A stretch of 58,535 bases of DNA from Saprospiraceae bacterium (lineage in GTDB: Bacteria > Bacteroidota > Bacteroidia > Chitinophagales > Saprospiraceae), in assembly GCA_045106885.1 (NCBI GenBank), contig JBGCFJ010000108.1, positions 1 to 58,535 on the forward strand. Reading direction: 5' to 3'. The position numbers were made by a program, and so were the translations under genes. Each line of letters begins with the position of its first letter. Within the stretch, counting starts at the first letter, position 1. This document shows positions 46,344-55,327 of the stretch, piece after piece. The notes below the pieces were generated by a model. That model was not told where the DNA came from. It saw nothing but the letters and a program-made list of their open reading frames with translations, and did no database searches.

Positions 46344-46463
46344 ATGGGTAGAGGAGATAAAAAATCTAAAAAAGGTAAACTTCGACGTGGGTCAAATGGC
46401 AAAGCTAGACCAACTACTAAGAATGCTGCTAAATTAAAGAAAAGAGCTTTAGCTGCTAGTTAA
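46344..46463 (+). CDS. 30S ribosomal protein THX
   Basis: 39-aa ORF below the track cutoff: MGRGDKKSKKGKLRRGSNGKARPTTKNAAKLKKRALAAS. The MGRGDKKSKKGK..RGS.GK.RP pattern is the Bacteroidota THX signature. A TACATTTG box lies at 46181-46188. Confidence 0.8.
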   Translation: MGRGDKKSKKGKLRRGSNGKARPTTKNAAKLKKRALAAS

Positions 46464-46528
46464 AGCCATTGGAAGCGTGTGGAGTGGATGGAATTATTAA
46501 TTCTACCCACTCCGTACTCTTCCTTATA

Positions 46529-46805
46529 TCAATCCTCTTCAACAGGAATAATCACTTCCACCTTAGTGCCCAAAGCATTCCCTGCTTCATCCATCAAATC
46601 AATAATTTCCAAACTATTTTAACAGCTTTACCACTGCGTAATAAATTCAATCGTTCTCTAGTAATCTCTAAAGCTGCACAACTGGAAAAGTCACCGCATT
46701 AATCGCCATACCTTTTAAATGAATAAAATAAAAAGTTGCCCCTATTCCGTCACTCATTACTAGTGGGAAGGCTAATCGGGCTAATATTTCTCTGAAATTA
46801 AGCAT
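46529..46805 (-). pseudogene. degraded 3' remnant of a HisKA_3-type sensor histidine kinase
   Basis: Minus-strand translation gives MLNFREILARLAFPLVMSDGIGATFYF..KGMAINAVTFPVVQL*. In shifted frames it continues EITRERLNLLRSGKAVKIV and IDLMDEAGNALGTKVEVIIPVEED*. These resemble a DxGxG G1 box, GL.GMRER..LGG and G.GT.V...IP. The reading is broken by one stop and at least one frameshift, and there is no N-terminal part. Confidence 0.4.
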
Positions 46806-47010
46806 TGCTAAAAAGAATTATTAATCAAAATTAAAGGTATCCCTAAATTTAATAAAAATAAATAAAAAAGTACTTAGTGTAAAAAGTACAATAATTATTA
46901 CTTTTTTGTATTTTTGCAGCCAATTTGGATTTTTAAGAATAGAGCATAAAGAAGAAAGAATAGAGATGGGAATTTTATTCTCTGTTCTCTCCGCTCGTAT
47001 CTCAAAATAA

Positions 47011-47976
47011 ATGGCTGCAAATAACAACGTTGTATTAGGAATTGACTTAGGTGGTACGCAAACAAAAATTGGTTTTGTCAGAAAAGATGGAACAGTGCTA
47101 GGATGGGATGTTTTCCCTTCACTAGCAGATAAAGATTTCATTCACTTTATCAATCAATTATCCAGTAAATTTAAAGCACTTAAAGAAAGCATTAAAGAAG
47201 ACTTTACTTTAGAGGGAATTGGTTTAGGGGCGCCGAATGCTAATTTTTATACGGGGAATATGGAAAAGGCGGTTAATTTCCAGTGGGGAGAAATTGTACC
47301 TTTAGTAAATGCCATTGAAAAAGCATTAGGTACGAAAGTCGTGATTACCAATGACGCTAACTTAGTGGCAATAGGAGAACAAGAATATGGAGTCGGAAAA
47401 GGGATGAAAAATTTTATTGTCTTGACACTTGGTACTGGTGTAGGAAGTGGATTTATCGTTAATGGGGAGTTATTATTAGGACATGAAGGCATGGCTGGTG
47501 AAATGGGACATGTGAATGTTAATCCTGATGGGCGACTTTGTAACTGTGGTTCTACTGGTTGTTTGGAAACGTATGCTTCTGTTAACGGCATAAAAAGGAC
47601 GGTGTTTAAGTTAATGGCAGATATGAAAACGCCTAGTGTCTTAAGAGATTATAGCTATAATGAATTGACGGGTAAAATGATTGCAGAGGCCGCTTTGGAG
47701 GGTGACCCTATTGCTATGCGTGCCTTTGAATATACAGGAGAAATTTTAGGCACCAAATTAGCAGATGCAGGGGCATATTTTAATCCAGAAGCAATTATTC
47801 TAGCAGGGGGATTGACCAAAGCAGGTGACTTACTATTAATTCCTACAAGAAACAGTATGGAAAAGCGAATTTTTCAAGCATTTCGAGGGAAAATTAAATT
47901 GATAATTTCTGATATGGGGCAAAAATATGATGGTGTTTTGGGAGCAGCGGCTTTGGCTTGGCGACACTTTGGGTAA
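47011..47976 (+). CDS. ROK family sugar kinase (glucokinase-like)
   Basis: 321 aa with VLGIDLGGTQTKIG and the ROK zinc motif GHVNVNPDGRLCNCGSTGCLETYAS. Confidence 0.85.
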   Translation: MAANNNVVLGIDLGGTQTKIGFVRKDGTVLGWDVFPSLADKDFIHFINQLSSKFKALKESIKEDFTLEGIGLGAPNANFYTGNMEKAVNFQWGEIVPLVNAIEKALGTKVVITNDANLVAIGEQEYGVGKGMKNFIVLTLGTGVGSGFIVNGELLLGHEGMAGEMGHVNVNPDGRLCNCGSTGCLETYASVNGIKRTVFKLMADMKTPSVLRDYSYNELTGKMIAEAALEGDPIAMRAFEYTGEILGTKLADAGAYFNPEAIILAGGLTKAGDLLLIPTRNSMEKRIFQAFRGKIKLIISDMGQKYDGVLGAAALAWRHFG

Positions 47977-47991
47977 CCTATTTTTTTGTAG

Positions 47992-48019
47992 CTTAGGCTT
48001 CCAGCCTGAGTAGTTTTTT
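47992..48019 (+). terminator. rho-independent terminator of the ROK kinase gene
   Basis: cttaggct-tcc-agcctgag followed by tagtttttt. Confidence 0.5.
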
Positions 48020-48042
48020 GGCAGTGGATTTCGGCAACGGAT

Positions 48043-48166
48043 GTAACAGGACTCTCTGAGCTGTGAATGTATTGCGGCTGAGAAATATCACGGATATAGG
48101 GCATCACGGATGGAGGCGTATCACAGAAGTAACAGGGCTCTCTGAGCTGTGAATGTATTGCGGCTG
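48043..48166. repeat. 38-nt direct repeat, two copies 86 nt apart, interspersed with ATCACGGAT words
   Basis: gtaacaggactctctgagctgtgaatgtattgcggctg (48043-48080) and gtaacagggctctctgagctgtgaatgtattgcggctg (48129-48166). atcacggat occurs 3 times nearby. Confidence 0.85.
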
Positions 48167-48311
48167 TAGGGTATCACGGATGTATTAGACGCGCACCATA
48201 AAGCACTCAACCTCTCTAAACTCTTTCCTATATTTCTGATTACAAATACGATATAATTTATAATTCAATTTACGCCGATAAATCGGACAAACCTATAAAC
48301 GCACTACACCA

Positions 48312-49103
48312 ATGCCAGAATTACCTGAAGTCAATACTTTCCAACGCTATTTCGATGGTACTGCTCTGAAGCAGAAAATTAGAGAAGTCGTGGTGCATGA
48401 TGATAAGATTATTCAAGATATTAATGGGATGGAGTTTGCGGAGAAATTGCAAGGGACTACTTTTATTAGTTCTTATCGGCAAGGAAAATATCTTTTTGGG
48501 GAACTAGATAATGGGCATAATGTATTGCTACATTTTGGAATGACGGGGGATATTAAATATTATACAGATGATTTAGACCAACCTAAACACGAACGATTTG
48601 CTTTTCATTTTGAAAATGGTAGCCGCTTGGGATTTGACTGTCCTAGAAAATTTGCTAAAATTCGCTACTTAGAAGATAGAACGGCTTATTTAAATAAGAT
48701 TAAACTAGGAACAGACGCCTTACGAATTTCTACTAAAGAATTTTTAGAAAAAACCAATAATAAAAAAGCATCAATTAAAGGCTTTTTACTCAATCAAAAA
48801 CAATTGGCTGGCGTTGGCAACCTCTATGCTGACGAAGTACTTTATCAATTAAAAATTCATCCTGCTTCTAAAGTGAATAAACTCTCTAAAAGACAGCTCA
48901 CCAATATTATTCAAAAAACCCAAGAAATTTTACAAAAAGCTATTGACCGAACTGCCGACTATAAAGATTACCCAGATGATTGGTTTTGGCAATGGCGTAA
49001 AGAAGGGGCAATTGCCCCAGATGGGAAAAGTAAAATTAAAACGGATAAAATTGGTGGGCGAACGACCTATTTCTTTCCTAAATATCAAAAACTTTACGTC
49101 TAA
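48312..49103 (+). CDS. Fpg/Nei family DNA glycosylase lacking the C-terminal zinc finger
   Basis: 263 aa with the catalytic N-terminus MPELPEV and the H2TH motif GVGNLYADEVLYQLKIHP. There is only one Cys in the whole protein, so no CxxC..CxxC finger. Confidence 0.8.
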   Translation: MPELPEVNTFQRYFDGTALKQKIREVVVHDDKIIQDINGMEFAEKLQGTTFISSYRQGKYLFGELDNGHNVLLHFGMTGDIKYYTDDLDQPKHERFAFHFENGSRLGFDCPRKFAKIRYLEDRTAYLNKIKLGTDALRISTKEFLEKTNNKKASIKGFLLNQKQLAGVGNLYADEVLYQLKIHPASKVNKLSKRQLTNIIQKTQEILQKAIDRTADYKDYPDDWFWQWRKEGAIAPDGKSKIKTDKIGGRTTYFFPKYQKLYV

Positions 49104-49536
49104 GTTTTGTTATAGATTAGACATAAAAAAAAAGGCACACACTTAGCAAGCAAGTATGCACCCCGTACAAATACTTTCGAGTAATTGAGACAACTATTCG
49201 GGGGGTATAAGTATTTGATTACAATATTGCAAAGCCTATGCCAAAACATTAAATATTTAAAATTTTCGTATAGAAAATTTAAATTTATTTTAAAAATGAC
49301 TTATAAATCATTTTGAGACTATGACTAATTTTAGTTATTTGATGCCATAAAAAATTGATAATCAGTATTTTATAAATTATATTGACTTGATTTAAGCCAT
49401 GTTTGCTATCCAAAAAAGAAAATATTAACTACTTCTAGAATTATCTTTTGTAAATAAGAGGAACGATGTTAATGTGTAGTGGGTTAAAAGATGTAGGCAA
49501 TTTTGCTACTAGATAGGCAATTTAAAAATATACAAT

Positions 49537-49599
49537 TATCCGTTGCCTTCATTTATCCGTTGGTAGAAAACAAACCAACGGATGAATGAAGACAACGGA
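49537..49599. repeat. 63-nt hairpin, ATCCGTTGCC family
   Basis: atccgttgccttcatttatccgttgg ... ccaacggatgaatgaagacaacggat, same family as 13371-13440. Confidence 0.8.
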
Positions 49600-49673
49600 T
49601 TTGACGAGCTAGATGCTACTTTAAATACTGTTTTAATATCATTTTTTAGCGGGCACTTAATCATAAAAAAATA

Positions 49674-49712
49674 AGGCGGCAATCATCACGATTGCCGCCT
49701 TACTAACTAAAT
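49674..49712 (-). terminator. rho-independent terminator of fbp
   Basis: On the minus strand: aaggcggcaatcg-tgatg-attgccgcctt followed by attttttt, 30 nt after the fbp stop. Confidence 0.75.
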
Positions 49713-49740
49713 CTAGAATACGTTTAATTTAAAATCATAT

Positions 49741-50799
49741 TTATACTAGTTCAGAAACTGCTCCATTGGTTGCAGGAGCGCCATTTTTAGAATGTGCCAA
49801 AGGCGGCAAAGTATATCGCTCCACAAACGTTTTCATCTCATCTACCATATCTGGTGAACCTATCGCAATCGTTGCTTTTTGATGTAATTGGGTAATCGGC
49901 AAATCTAAAATTCGTTCTAATTGACAACTCATTGCTTTCCCTCCTGCTTGTTCTACAATAAACGATAATGGATTGCACTCATATAATAAGCGCAATTTTC
50001 CTTGTGGGTATTTTCTAGTATTTGGATAGAGAAAAATACCACCTTGGAAAAGAATTCGATGAATATCTGATACCATCGAACCTATATAGCGCAAACGTAA
50101 ATTTTCGTCACAGCAGTTGTCTATATATCGGCGCATTTCTACATCAAATTTCAAGTAATATCCTTGATTGACGGAGTAATAATTTCCTCTGTTAGGAATT
50201 TGGATATTTTTATGAGACAAGCAAAATTCCCCAATCGTTGGGTCTAAGGTAAAGCCATTTACGCCATTACCTGTAGAATAAACGAGCAGGGTAGAAGTGC
50301 CATATAAAACATAGCCCGCTGCGACTAAATCTGACCCTTTTTGTAAAAAATCTTTTAATTGTACCGTGTCGGTTATTTCACTTTTTCGGCGATAAATACC
50401 AAAAATAGTTCCAACTGAAACGTTCACATCTATATTAGAAGAACCGTCCAAAGGGTCGAATACGACTACATATTTGCCTGATTTGCCATTGATGCCTTCA
50501 ATAGGGATAAATTCTTCATTTTCTTCTGAGGCAATACCACAACATTCTCCACTATTTTTTAAACAAGCAATTAGTTTTTCATTGGCATATAAATCCAATT
50601 TTTGTACACTATCTCCAGATGCATTTTGTGTTTGTGCAGCACCTAAAATATTTAATAAGCCTGCTTTATTAACCTCTCGATTGATGATTTTAGCAGCGAC
50701 ACCAATGTCTCTTAACAAGCCAGTTAATTCACCTGTTGAATACTGAAAATCATTTTGGCGGCGAATGATGAATTCGTCTAAAGTTACTATTTGATTCAT
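49741..50799 (-). CDS. fbp: fructose-1,6-bisphosphatase class 1
   Basis: From the ATG at 50799 (MNQIVTLDEFII), with DPLDGSSNID, GSMVSDIHR and YECNP motifs. The track start at 50823 is a TTG. Confidence 0.88.
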   Translation of the reverse strand: MNQIVTLDEFIIRRQNDFQYSTGELTGLLRDIGVAAKIINREVNKAGLLNILGAAQTQNASGDSVQKLDLYANEKLIACLKNSGECCGIASEENEEFIPIEGINGKSGKYVVVFDPLDGSSNIDVNVSVGTIFGIYRRKSEITDTVQLKDFLQKGSDLVAAGYVLYGTSTLLVYSTGNGVNGFTLDPTIGEFCLSHKNIQIPNRGNYYSVNQGYYLKFDVEMRRYIDNCCDENLRLRYIGSMVSDIHRILFQGGIFLYPNTRKYPQGKLRLLYECNPLSFIVEQAGGKAMSCQLERILDLPITQLHQKATIAIGSPDMVDEMKTFVERYTLPPLAHSKNGAPATNGAVSELV

Positions 50800-50917
50800 G
50801 AGATAGTGATTTTTTCGCCCCAATAGTTTGTCCGATTGGACGCTTATTTATTCGGAGCGTTTCAATAATTTGATGAAATACTATTGCTTACGCTAATAAA
50901 TATAACCAAGTTACAGC

Positions 50918-52492
50918 TTATACTAAAGCGACTTCTGCCACGTCTTCTGCGTGATGTTGCTGATAATTTTCTTCAAATGCGGCTAACAATTTTTTAGCCG
51001 TTGTCTCATAAGCCATTCTATCTTCCCAATTATTTTTTGGGTCTAAGATGCTATTTGGTATGCCAGGGCATAAAACTGGAATATTTAAACCAAAAACAGT
51101 TTCTTTCCTAAATGGTAATTCTGCTAATCCTCCTTTTAATACTGCTTGAATTAAAGCTCTAGTATAGCTTAATTTAATTCGACTACCTACGCCATAAGCA
51201 CCACCTGTCCAGCCTGTGTTGACTAACCAAACGTTGGTGTTGTGTTCTTCCATTTTCTCCCCTAACATCTGTGCATAATGTGCTGGTGCTAGTGGTAAAA
51301 ATGGTGCGCCGAAACAAGAAGAAAAAGTCATTTGTGGTTCGACTACGCCTGCTTCTGTACCTGCAACTTTAGCGGTATAGCCTAACAAAAAGTACTTCAT
51401 TGCTTGCGCACTGTCCAATTTAGAAATAGGAGGCAGCACTCCGAATGCATCACAAGTCAAGAAGAAAATATTTTTTGGATTGCCTCCCTTAGAAGGTGCC
51501 ATAATATTAACAATATGGTGAATAGGGTAAGAAACTCTAGTGTTTTGAGTAATATCCGTATTGTCAAAATCAGGGGTACGAGTTCCTTCTTTAAATTTGA
51601 TATTTTCTAGAATCGCTCCGTGTCGAATCGCTTTATAAATTTCTGGCTCTTTGTCGGCACTCAAGTTGATACACTTCGCATAACAACCACCTTCAAAATT
51701 GAATACACCTTCTTTAGACCAACCATGCTCATCGTCGCCAATCAATTTTCTTTCGGAGTCCGTAGAAAGCGTTGTTTTTCCTGTTCCTGATAAACCAAAA
51801 AATATAGCAGTGTCTCCGTCCCTTCCAACATTGGCAGAACAATGCATTGGCAAGACGTTTTTTTGTAAGGGTAAGGTATAGTTTAAAACAGAAAAAATAC
51901 TCTTTTTGATTTCTCCAGTATAACCACTCCCTCCTATTATGACTAGCTTTTGAGAAAAATTAACAATTGTGAAATTATGTTGACGAGTACCATCTTCCGC
52001 AGGAATAGCCATGAATTTTGGTAAGCATAAAACGGTCCACTCAGGGTTGAAATTTTCTATTTCTGTAGCGCTTGGATTCTGGAACATATTATGTGCAAAT
52101 TGGCAACTCCAAGGGAATTGTGCAATCACTCTTACATTCAACCTATAGCGAGCATCTGCACAAGCAAAAACATCTTGAATGTATAATTCCTGTGTTTCCG
52201 CATAAGCCAACATCTTTTTTACTAAACCTTGAAAATGTTCAATAGTAATAGATTGATTGATGTCATTCCAATCTACGGTATGCTCTGTAATAGCATCTTT
52301 GACAATAAATTTGTCTTTTGGAGAACGTCCTGTGAATTCTCCCGTTTCAATGACCAATGCACCTTGGTCAGACAAAATACCATGTCCTTGTTTAATGGAT
52401 GCTTCCGTTAATAATTCAGGCGCTAAATTCCAATGAGCTTCCTTACATTTAATATTAAATTTTTTCTCGAAAACTGTTTTAAGCATTGTCAT
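50918..52492 (-). CDS. pckA: phosphoenolpyruvate carboxykinase (ATP)
   Basis: 524 aa with the kinase-1a motif FFGLSGTGKTTLS, plus LIGDDEHGW and NTGWTGG. Confidence 0.9.
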   Translation of the reverse strand: MTMLKTVFEKKFNIKCKEAHWNLAPELLTEASIKQGHGILSDQGALVIETGEFTGRSPKDKFIVKDAITEHTVDWNDINQSITIEHFQGLVKKMLAYAETQELYIQDVFACADARYRLNVRVIAQFPWSCQFAHNMFQNPSATEIENFNPEWTVLCLPKFMAIPAEDGTRQHNFTIVNFSQKLVIIGGSGYTGEIKKSIFSVLNYTLPLQKNVLPMHCSANVGRDGDTAIFFGLSGTGKTTLSTDSERKLIGDDEHGWSKEGVFNFEGGCYAKCINLSADKEPEIYKAIRHGAILENIKFKEGTRTPDFDNTDITQNTRVSYPIHHIVNIMAPSKGGNPKNIFFLTCDAFGVLPPISKLDSAQAMKYFLLGYTAKVAGTEAGVVEPQMTFSSCFGAPFLPLAPAHYAQMLGEKMEEHNTNVWLVNTGWTGGAYGVGSRIKLSYTRALIQAVLKGGLAELPFRKETVFGLNIPVLCPGIPNSILDPKNNWEDRMAYETTAKKLLAAFEENYQQHHAEDVAEVALV

Positions 52493-52542
52493 GATATTCT
52501 ATTTTGTTCGTTAGGAAAAGGACTTTACTTTGTACCTATTCA

Positions 52543-52670
52543 GCAAAAGGTATTGGGCGTAGGGCAAAGGAGAAATCTATTTATTTTTGAAAGATTTTCT
52601 CTTGTAAACCTAAAATTTATCAACGATTTGTTCATTTAGATGCCTCCGCCCTATGCACTAAGCCTTTTGC
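52543..52670. repeat. long-range inverted repeat in the pckA leader region
   Basis: gcaaaaggtattgggcgtagggca (52543-52566) pairs with cgccctatgcactaagccttttgc (52648-52670): an 8-bp stem plus a 9-bp stem with one G-T pair, separated by an internal loop. Confidence 0.6.
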
Positions 52671-52783
52671 TAAATAAATACTTTATTTTTTTAAAAATTA
52701 TGTCTACAAATACATCAAAGAAAAATTACCAATTTATTTTTGATGATTAATTACAGGCACAATCTATACCATTTTTTCGTAAT

Positions 52784-52800
52784 TAGCGAAATTTTCGCTA
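52784..52800. promoter_or_regulatory. 17-bp perfect palindrome TAGCGAAATTTTCGCTA, candidate operator
   Basis: Read directly. It lies in the 540-bp divergent region between pckA and the XRE-family regulator. The core AGCGAAATTTTCGCT recurs at 52983-52997. Confidence 0.45.
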
Positions 52801-52982
52801 AAATAATTTATTTCTCAAATAGAGTTTATTTATCAATTAGGCTTATTTTATTTTTGGTAAAAACACAGAAACTACTATTTTTTCGCTATTTTGCAGCCTT
52901 TTACCACATTTTACTAGGCTAAAAGAGGATTTCAAGAAATATTTTTCTTTTTTAGGAAGAATTAAACTTTAACACTTTTTGG

Positions 52983-52997
52983 AGCGAAATTTTCGCT
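52983..52997. promoter_or_regulatory. second copy of AGCGAAATTTTCGCT palindrome, candidate autoregulatory operator
   Basis: The identical 15-bp core lies 36 nt upstream of the regulator ATG. A half-site TTTTCGCT lies near 52879. Confidence 0.45.
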
Positions 52998-53032
52998 ATA
53001 AGCGATAAGGATGAATAAAAAATAATTTTTCT

Positions 53033-54520
53033 ATGATAGATGATAATCAAATAATAAAGATGATTTTTGGGTTTAAGGTGCGCTATTTGCGACAACAGGA
53101 AGGTTTATCTTATCAACAATTGCAAGATAAAACAGGACTCTCTTTATCTTATTTGAGTGATATAGAAAAAGGTAAAAAATATCCGAAACCTAATAAGATT
53201 ACTGTTTTAGCAGATGCCTTTGGAGTGGACTACGATTTTATGGTCTCGACTCATGCCTCCAAAAAATTACAGCCAGTTATAGATTTAATGAGTTCTGATT
53301 TTTTCAAATTGTTCCCGCTAGATGAATTTGGCATTAGCCCTAAAAAATTAGTAGAATTATTTACGAATACCCCAGATAAAGTCAACGCTTTTATTGGTAC
53401 TATTTTCCAGATTCGCCGAAATTATCAGATTACGCAAGATGAATTTTATGAGGTAGCCTTGCGTGCTTACCAAGATATGCACAATAATTATTTTGAAGAT
53501 TTAGAAAAAGCGGTCGATGAATTTAGAGCAGAATATGGTGTACCTGAAACGTTACCATATACTAGAGATTATTTGGAAGCTAAATTAGCTGATATATATG
53601 GCATTGAAGTAGATAGAACTACTTTGCCAACTAAAGAAAATTTAAAAAACATTCGGTCTTTATATGCACCAAAGCGTAAAGTTTTGATGATTAATGAAGG
53701 TTTGGAAGATTCTCAAAAGAATTTTTTATTGGCAAGAGAACTAGGCTTTCAGTATATGGGCTATAAAACTCGCCCTTTGGAAACTAGAATGGTGCAAACC
53801 TCTTCTTTTGAGAAAATATTAAATAATTTTTTTGCTTCTTATTTTGCCGTCTCCTTATTAATGAAAGAGGAAACATTGGCGAAAGATTTTCGGACGATTG
53901 TACAAAAAAATACTTGGCGACCAGAATTATTTCTAGAATTAATGGAGAAATATGATGTGACCCAAGAAACGTTACTCAAACGACTTTTAAATATTTTACC
54001 GCATCATTTTGGTATCGAACAATTGTTTTTCCAGCGGATGACGGGGAGTCAGGATTTAAAACAGTTTGTCATGACCCAAGAATTGCATCTAGGTCAATTG
54101 CATAATCCTTACGGAAATTTATTGAATGAACATTATTGCCATCGTTGGGTCGCTATTAAAATTTTGAAGAAACTGAGAATGAATATGGCATTAGACCCTA
54201 GCATTAAGCAATTGGTCAATGTGCAAATCTCGAAATATTGGGAATCTGAAAATGAATATTTATGTATTTCATTGGCTAAACCAGATTTCCACAACCCTAA
54301 AGAAAGTGTAAGTGTCACCGTTGGTTTTCGGTTAAATACCAAATTACGAAGTATCTTTAATTTCTTAAGTGACCCCGATTTAAAACATAGAACGGTTAAC
54401 ACCACTTGCGAACGCTGCTCTATGCCTAATTGTGATTCTAGAGTGGCTGCACCTGTCGTCATCGAAGAGGAGCGACGAAAAATAGCGATGAAAGCAGAAT
54501 TAAAAGCGTTGAGCAAATAG
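53033..54520 (+). CDS. XRE-family HTH regulator with large C-terminal ImmA/DUF955-DUF2083-like domain (RamB/ScfR-like)
   Basis: 495 aa. The N-terminal HTH reads LRQQEGLSYQQLQDKTGLSLSYLSDIEKGKKYP. The HExxH position is degenerate (ARELGF). A C-terminal Cys cluster is present (HYCHRW, CERCSMPNC). It is divergent from pckA. Confidence 0.6.
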   Translation: MIDDNQIIKMIFGFKVRYLRQQEGLSYQQLQDKTGLSLSYLSDIEKGKKYPKPNKITVLADAFGVDYDFMVSTHASKKLQPVIDLMSSDFFKLFPLDEFGISPKKLVELFTNTPDKVNAFIGTIFQIRRNYQITQDEFYEVALRAYQDMHNNYFEDLEKAVDEFRAEYGVPETLPYTRDYLEAKLADIYGIEVDRTTLPTKENLKNIRSLYAPKRKVLMINEGLEDSQKNFLLARELGFQYMGYKTRPLETRMVQTSSFEKILNNFFASYFAVSLLMKEETLAKDFRTIVQKNTWRPELFLELMEKYDVTQETLLKRLLNILPHHFGIEQLFFQRMTGSQDLKQFVMTQELHLGQLHNPYGNLLNEHYCHRWVAIKILKKLRMNMALDPSIKQLVNVQISKYWESENEYLCISLAKPDFHNPKESVSVTVGFRLNTKLRSIFNFLSDPDLKHRTVNTTCERCSMPNCDSRVAAPVVIEEERRKIAMKAELKALSK

Positions 54521-54719
54521 CCTTTACCTAATTACTATTCTTAGGTTGGAAATTTATTTCCAATTAATTTTTTCTCTTGGAAATGAATTTCCATGCTACG
54601 ATTAGACGTACCATAAATCTGACTATTTTATAAAAAAATAACTATTTTAGCGTTTGTTCTAGCAACTACAAAAATTTAGATTGGTAGTGCTACCTTCTTT
54701 TTACTAAAATAATATCAAT

Positions 54720-55052
54720 ATGGAAAACTTACTACAGGGAGACGGTTTTAATTTAATTGTCATGGTTATCGTTGGGGCCATTGCAGGTTCATTAGCGGCA
54801 AGAGTCATTCGAGGGGATAATTTTGGCTTTATTATCAATGCTATTTTAGGTATTGCGGGCGCCGTTGTTGGTGGTCATATTTTTAATTGGTTAAAAGTTA
54901 GCCCTGGTAAAGGCATAGTAAAAATTATTGACGATACATTTGGAGTGAGTTTACCAGAAAACTTAGTCGGTATGGTTGTATCTGCTACAGTAGGCGCAAT
55001 TGTCATTCTTTGGATAATGAGTATTTTTAAAAGCCGTAGCAGTCGTAGATAG
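54720..55052 (+). CDS. GlsB/YeaQ/YmgE family (transglycosylase-associated) stress membrane protein
   Basis: 110 aa with Gly-rich TM helices: IVGAIAGSLAARVIRG, ILGIAGAVVGGHIF. Confidence 0.7.
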   Translation: MENLLQGDGFNLIVMVIVGAIAGSLAARVIRGDNFGFIINAILGIAGAVVGGHIFNWLKVSPGKGIVKIIDDTFGVSLPENLVGMVVSATVGAIVILWIMSIFKSRSSRR

Positions 55053-55174
55053 TTTATATAGTATACGGTCTTAAAAAGTTTATTGAACCACAAAAGGCAT
55101 GAAGGTACATAAAAGAATTGCCACAAAAGGAGAAAAATTAACTTTTGTGTACTTTTGATTCTTTTGTGGTTCGA

Positions 55175-55327
55175 GACTGTTCAAATAACTGTGTTTAGGC
55201 AAAATTTTAGCATTGAAAATCAAGGTTTTACTGCCCACTGCCACTGCTGACTGCCTACTGCCACTGCTGCCTGCCCACTGCCACTGCCCACTGCCCACTG
55301 CTACTGCCACTGCTGCCTGCCTACTGC
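55175..55327. repeat. dispersed element copy B: conserved 55-nt unit + ACTGCC array
   Basis: gactgttcaaataactgtgtttaggcaaaattttagcattgaaaatcaaggtttt is followed by about 98 nt of ctgccNactgcc-type words that run into the decarboxylase stop codon. Confidence 0.85.

Noticed and set aside
47247-47591. 114-aa minus-strand ORF
   Set aside because: It is antisense inside the ROK kinase gene, which has an unambiguous ROK signature.
48943-49146. 67-aa + strand ORF overlapping the fpg 3' end
   Set aside because: It is an out-of-frame overlap with a well-supported gene and has no motifs.
54133-54516. 127-aa minus-strand ORF
   Set aside because: It is antisense to the 3' part of the XRE/ScfR-like regulator gene and has no independent support.
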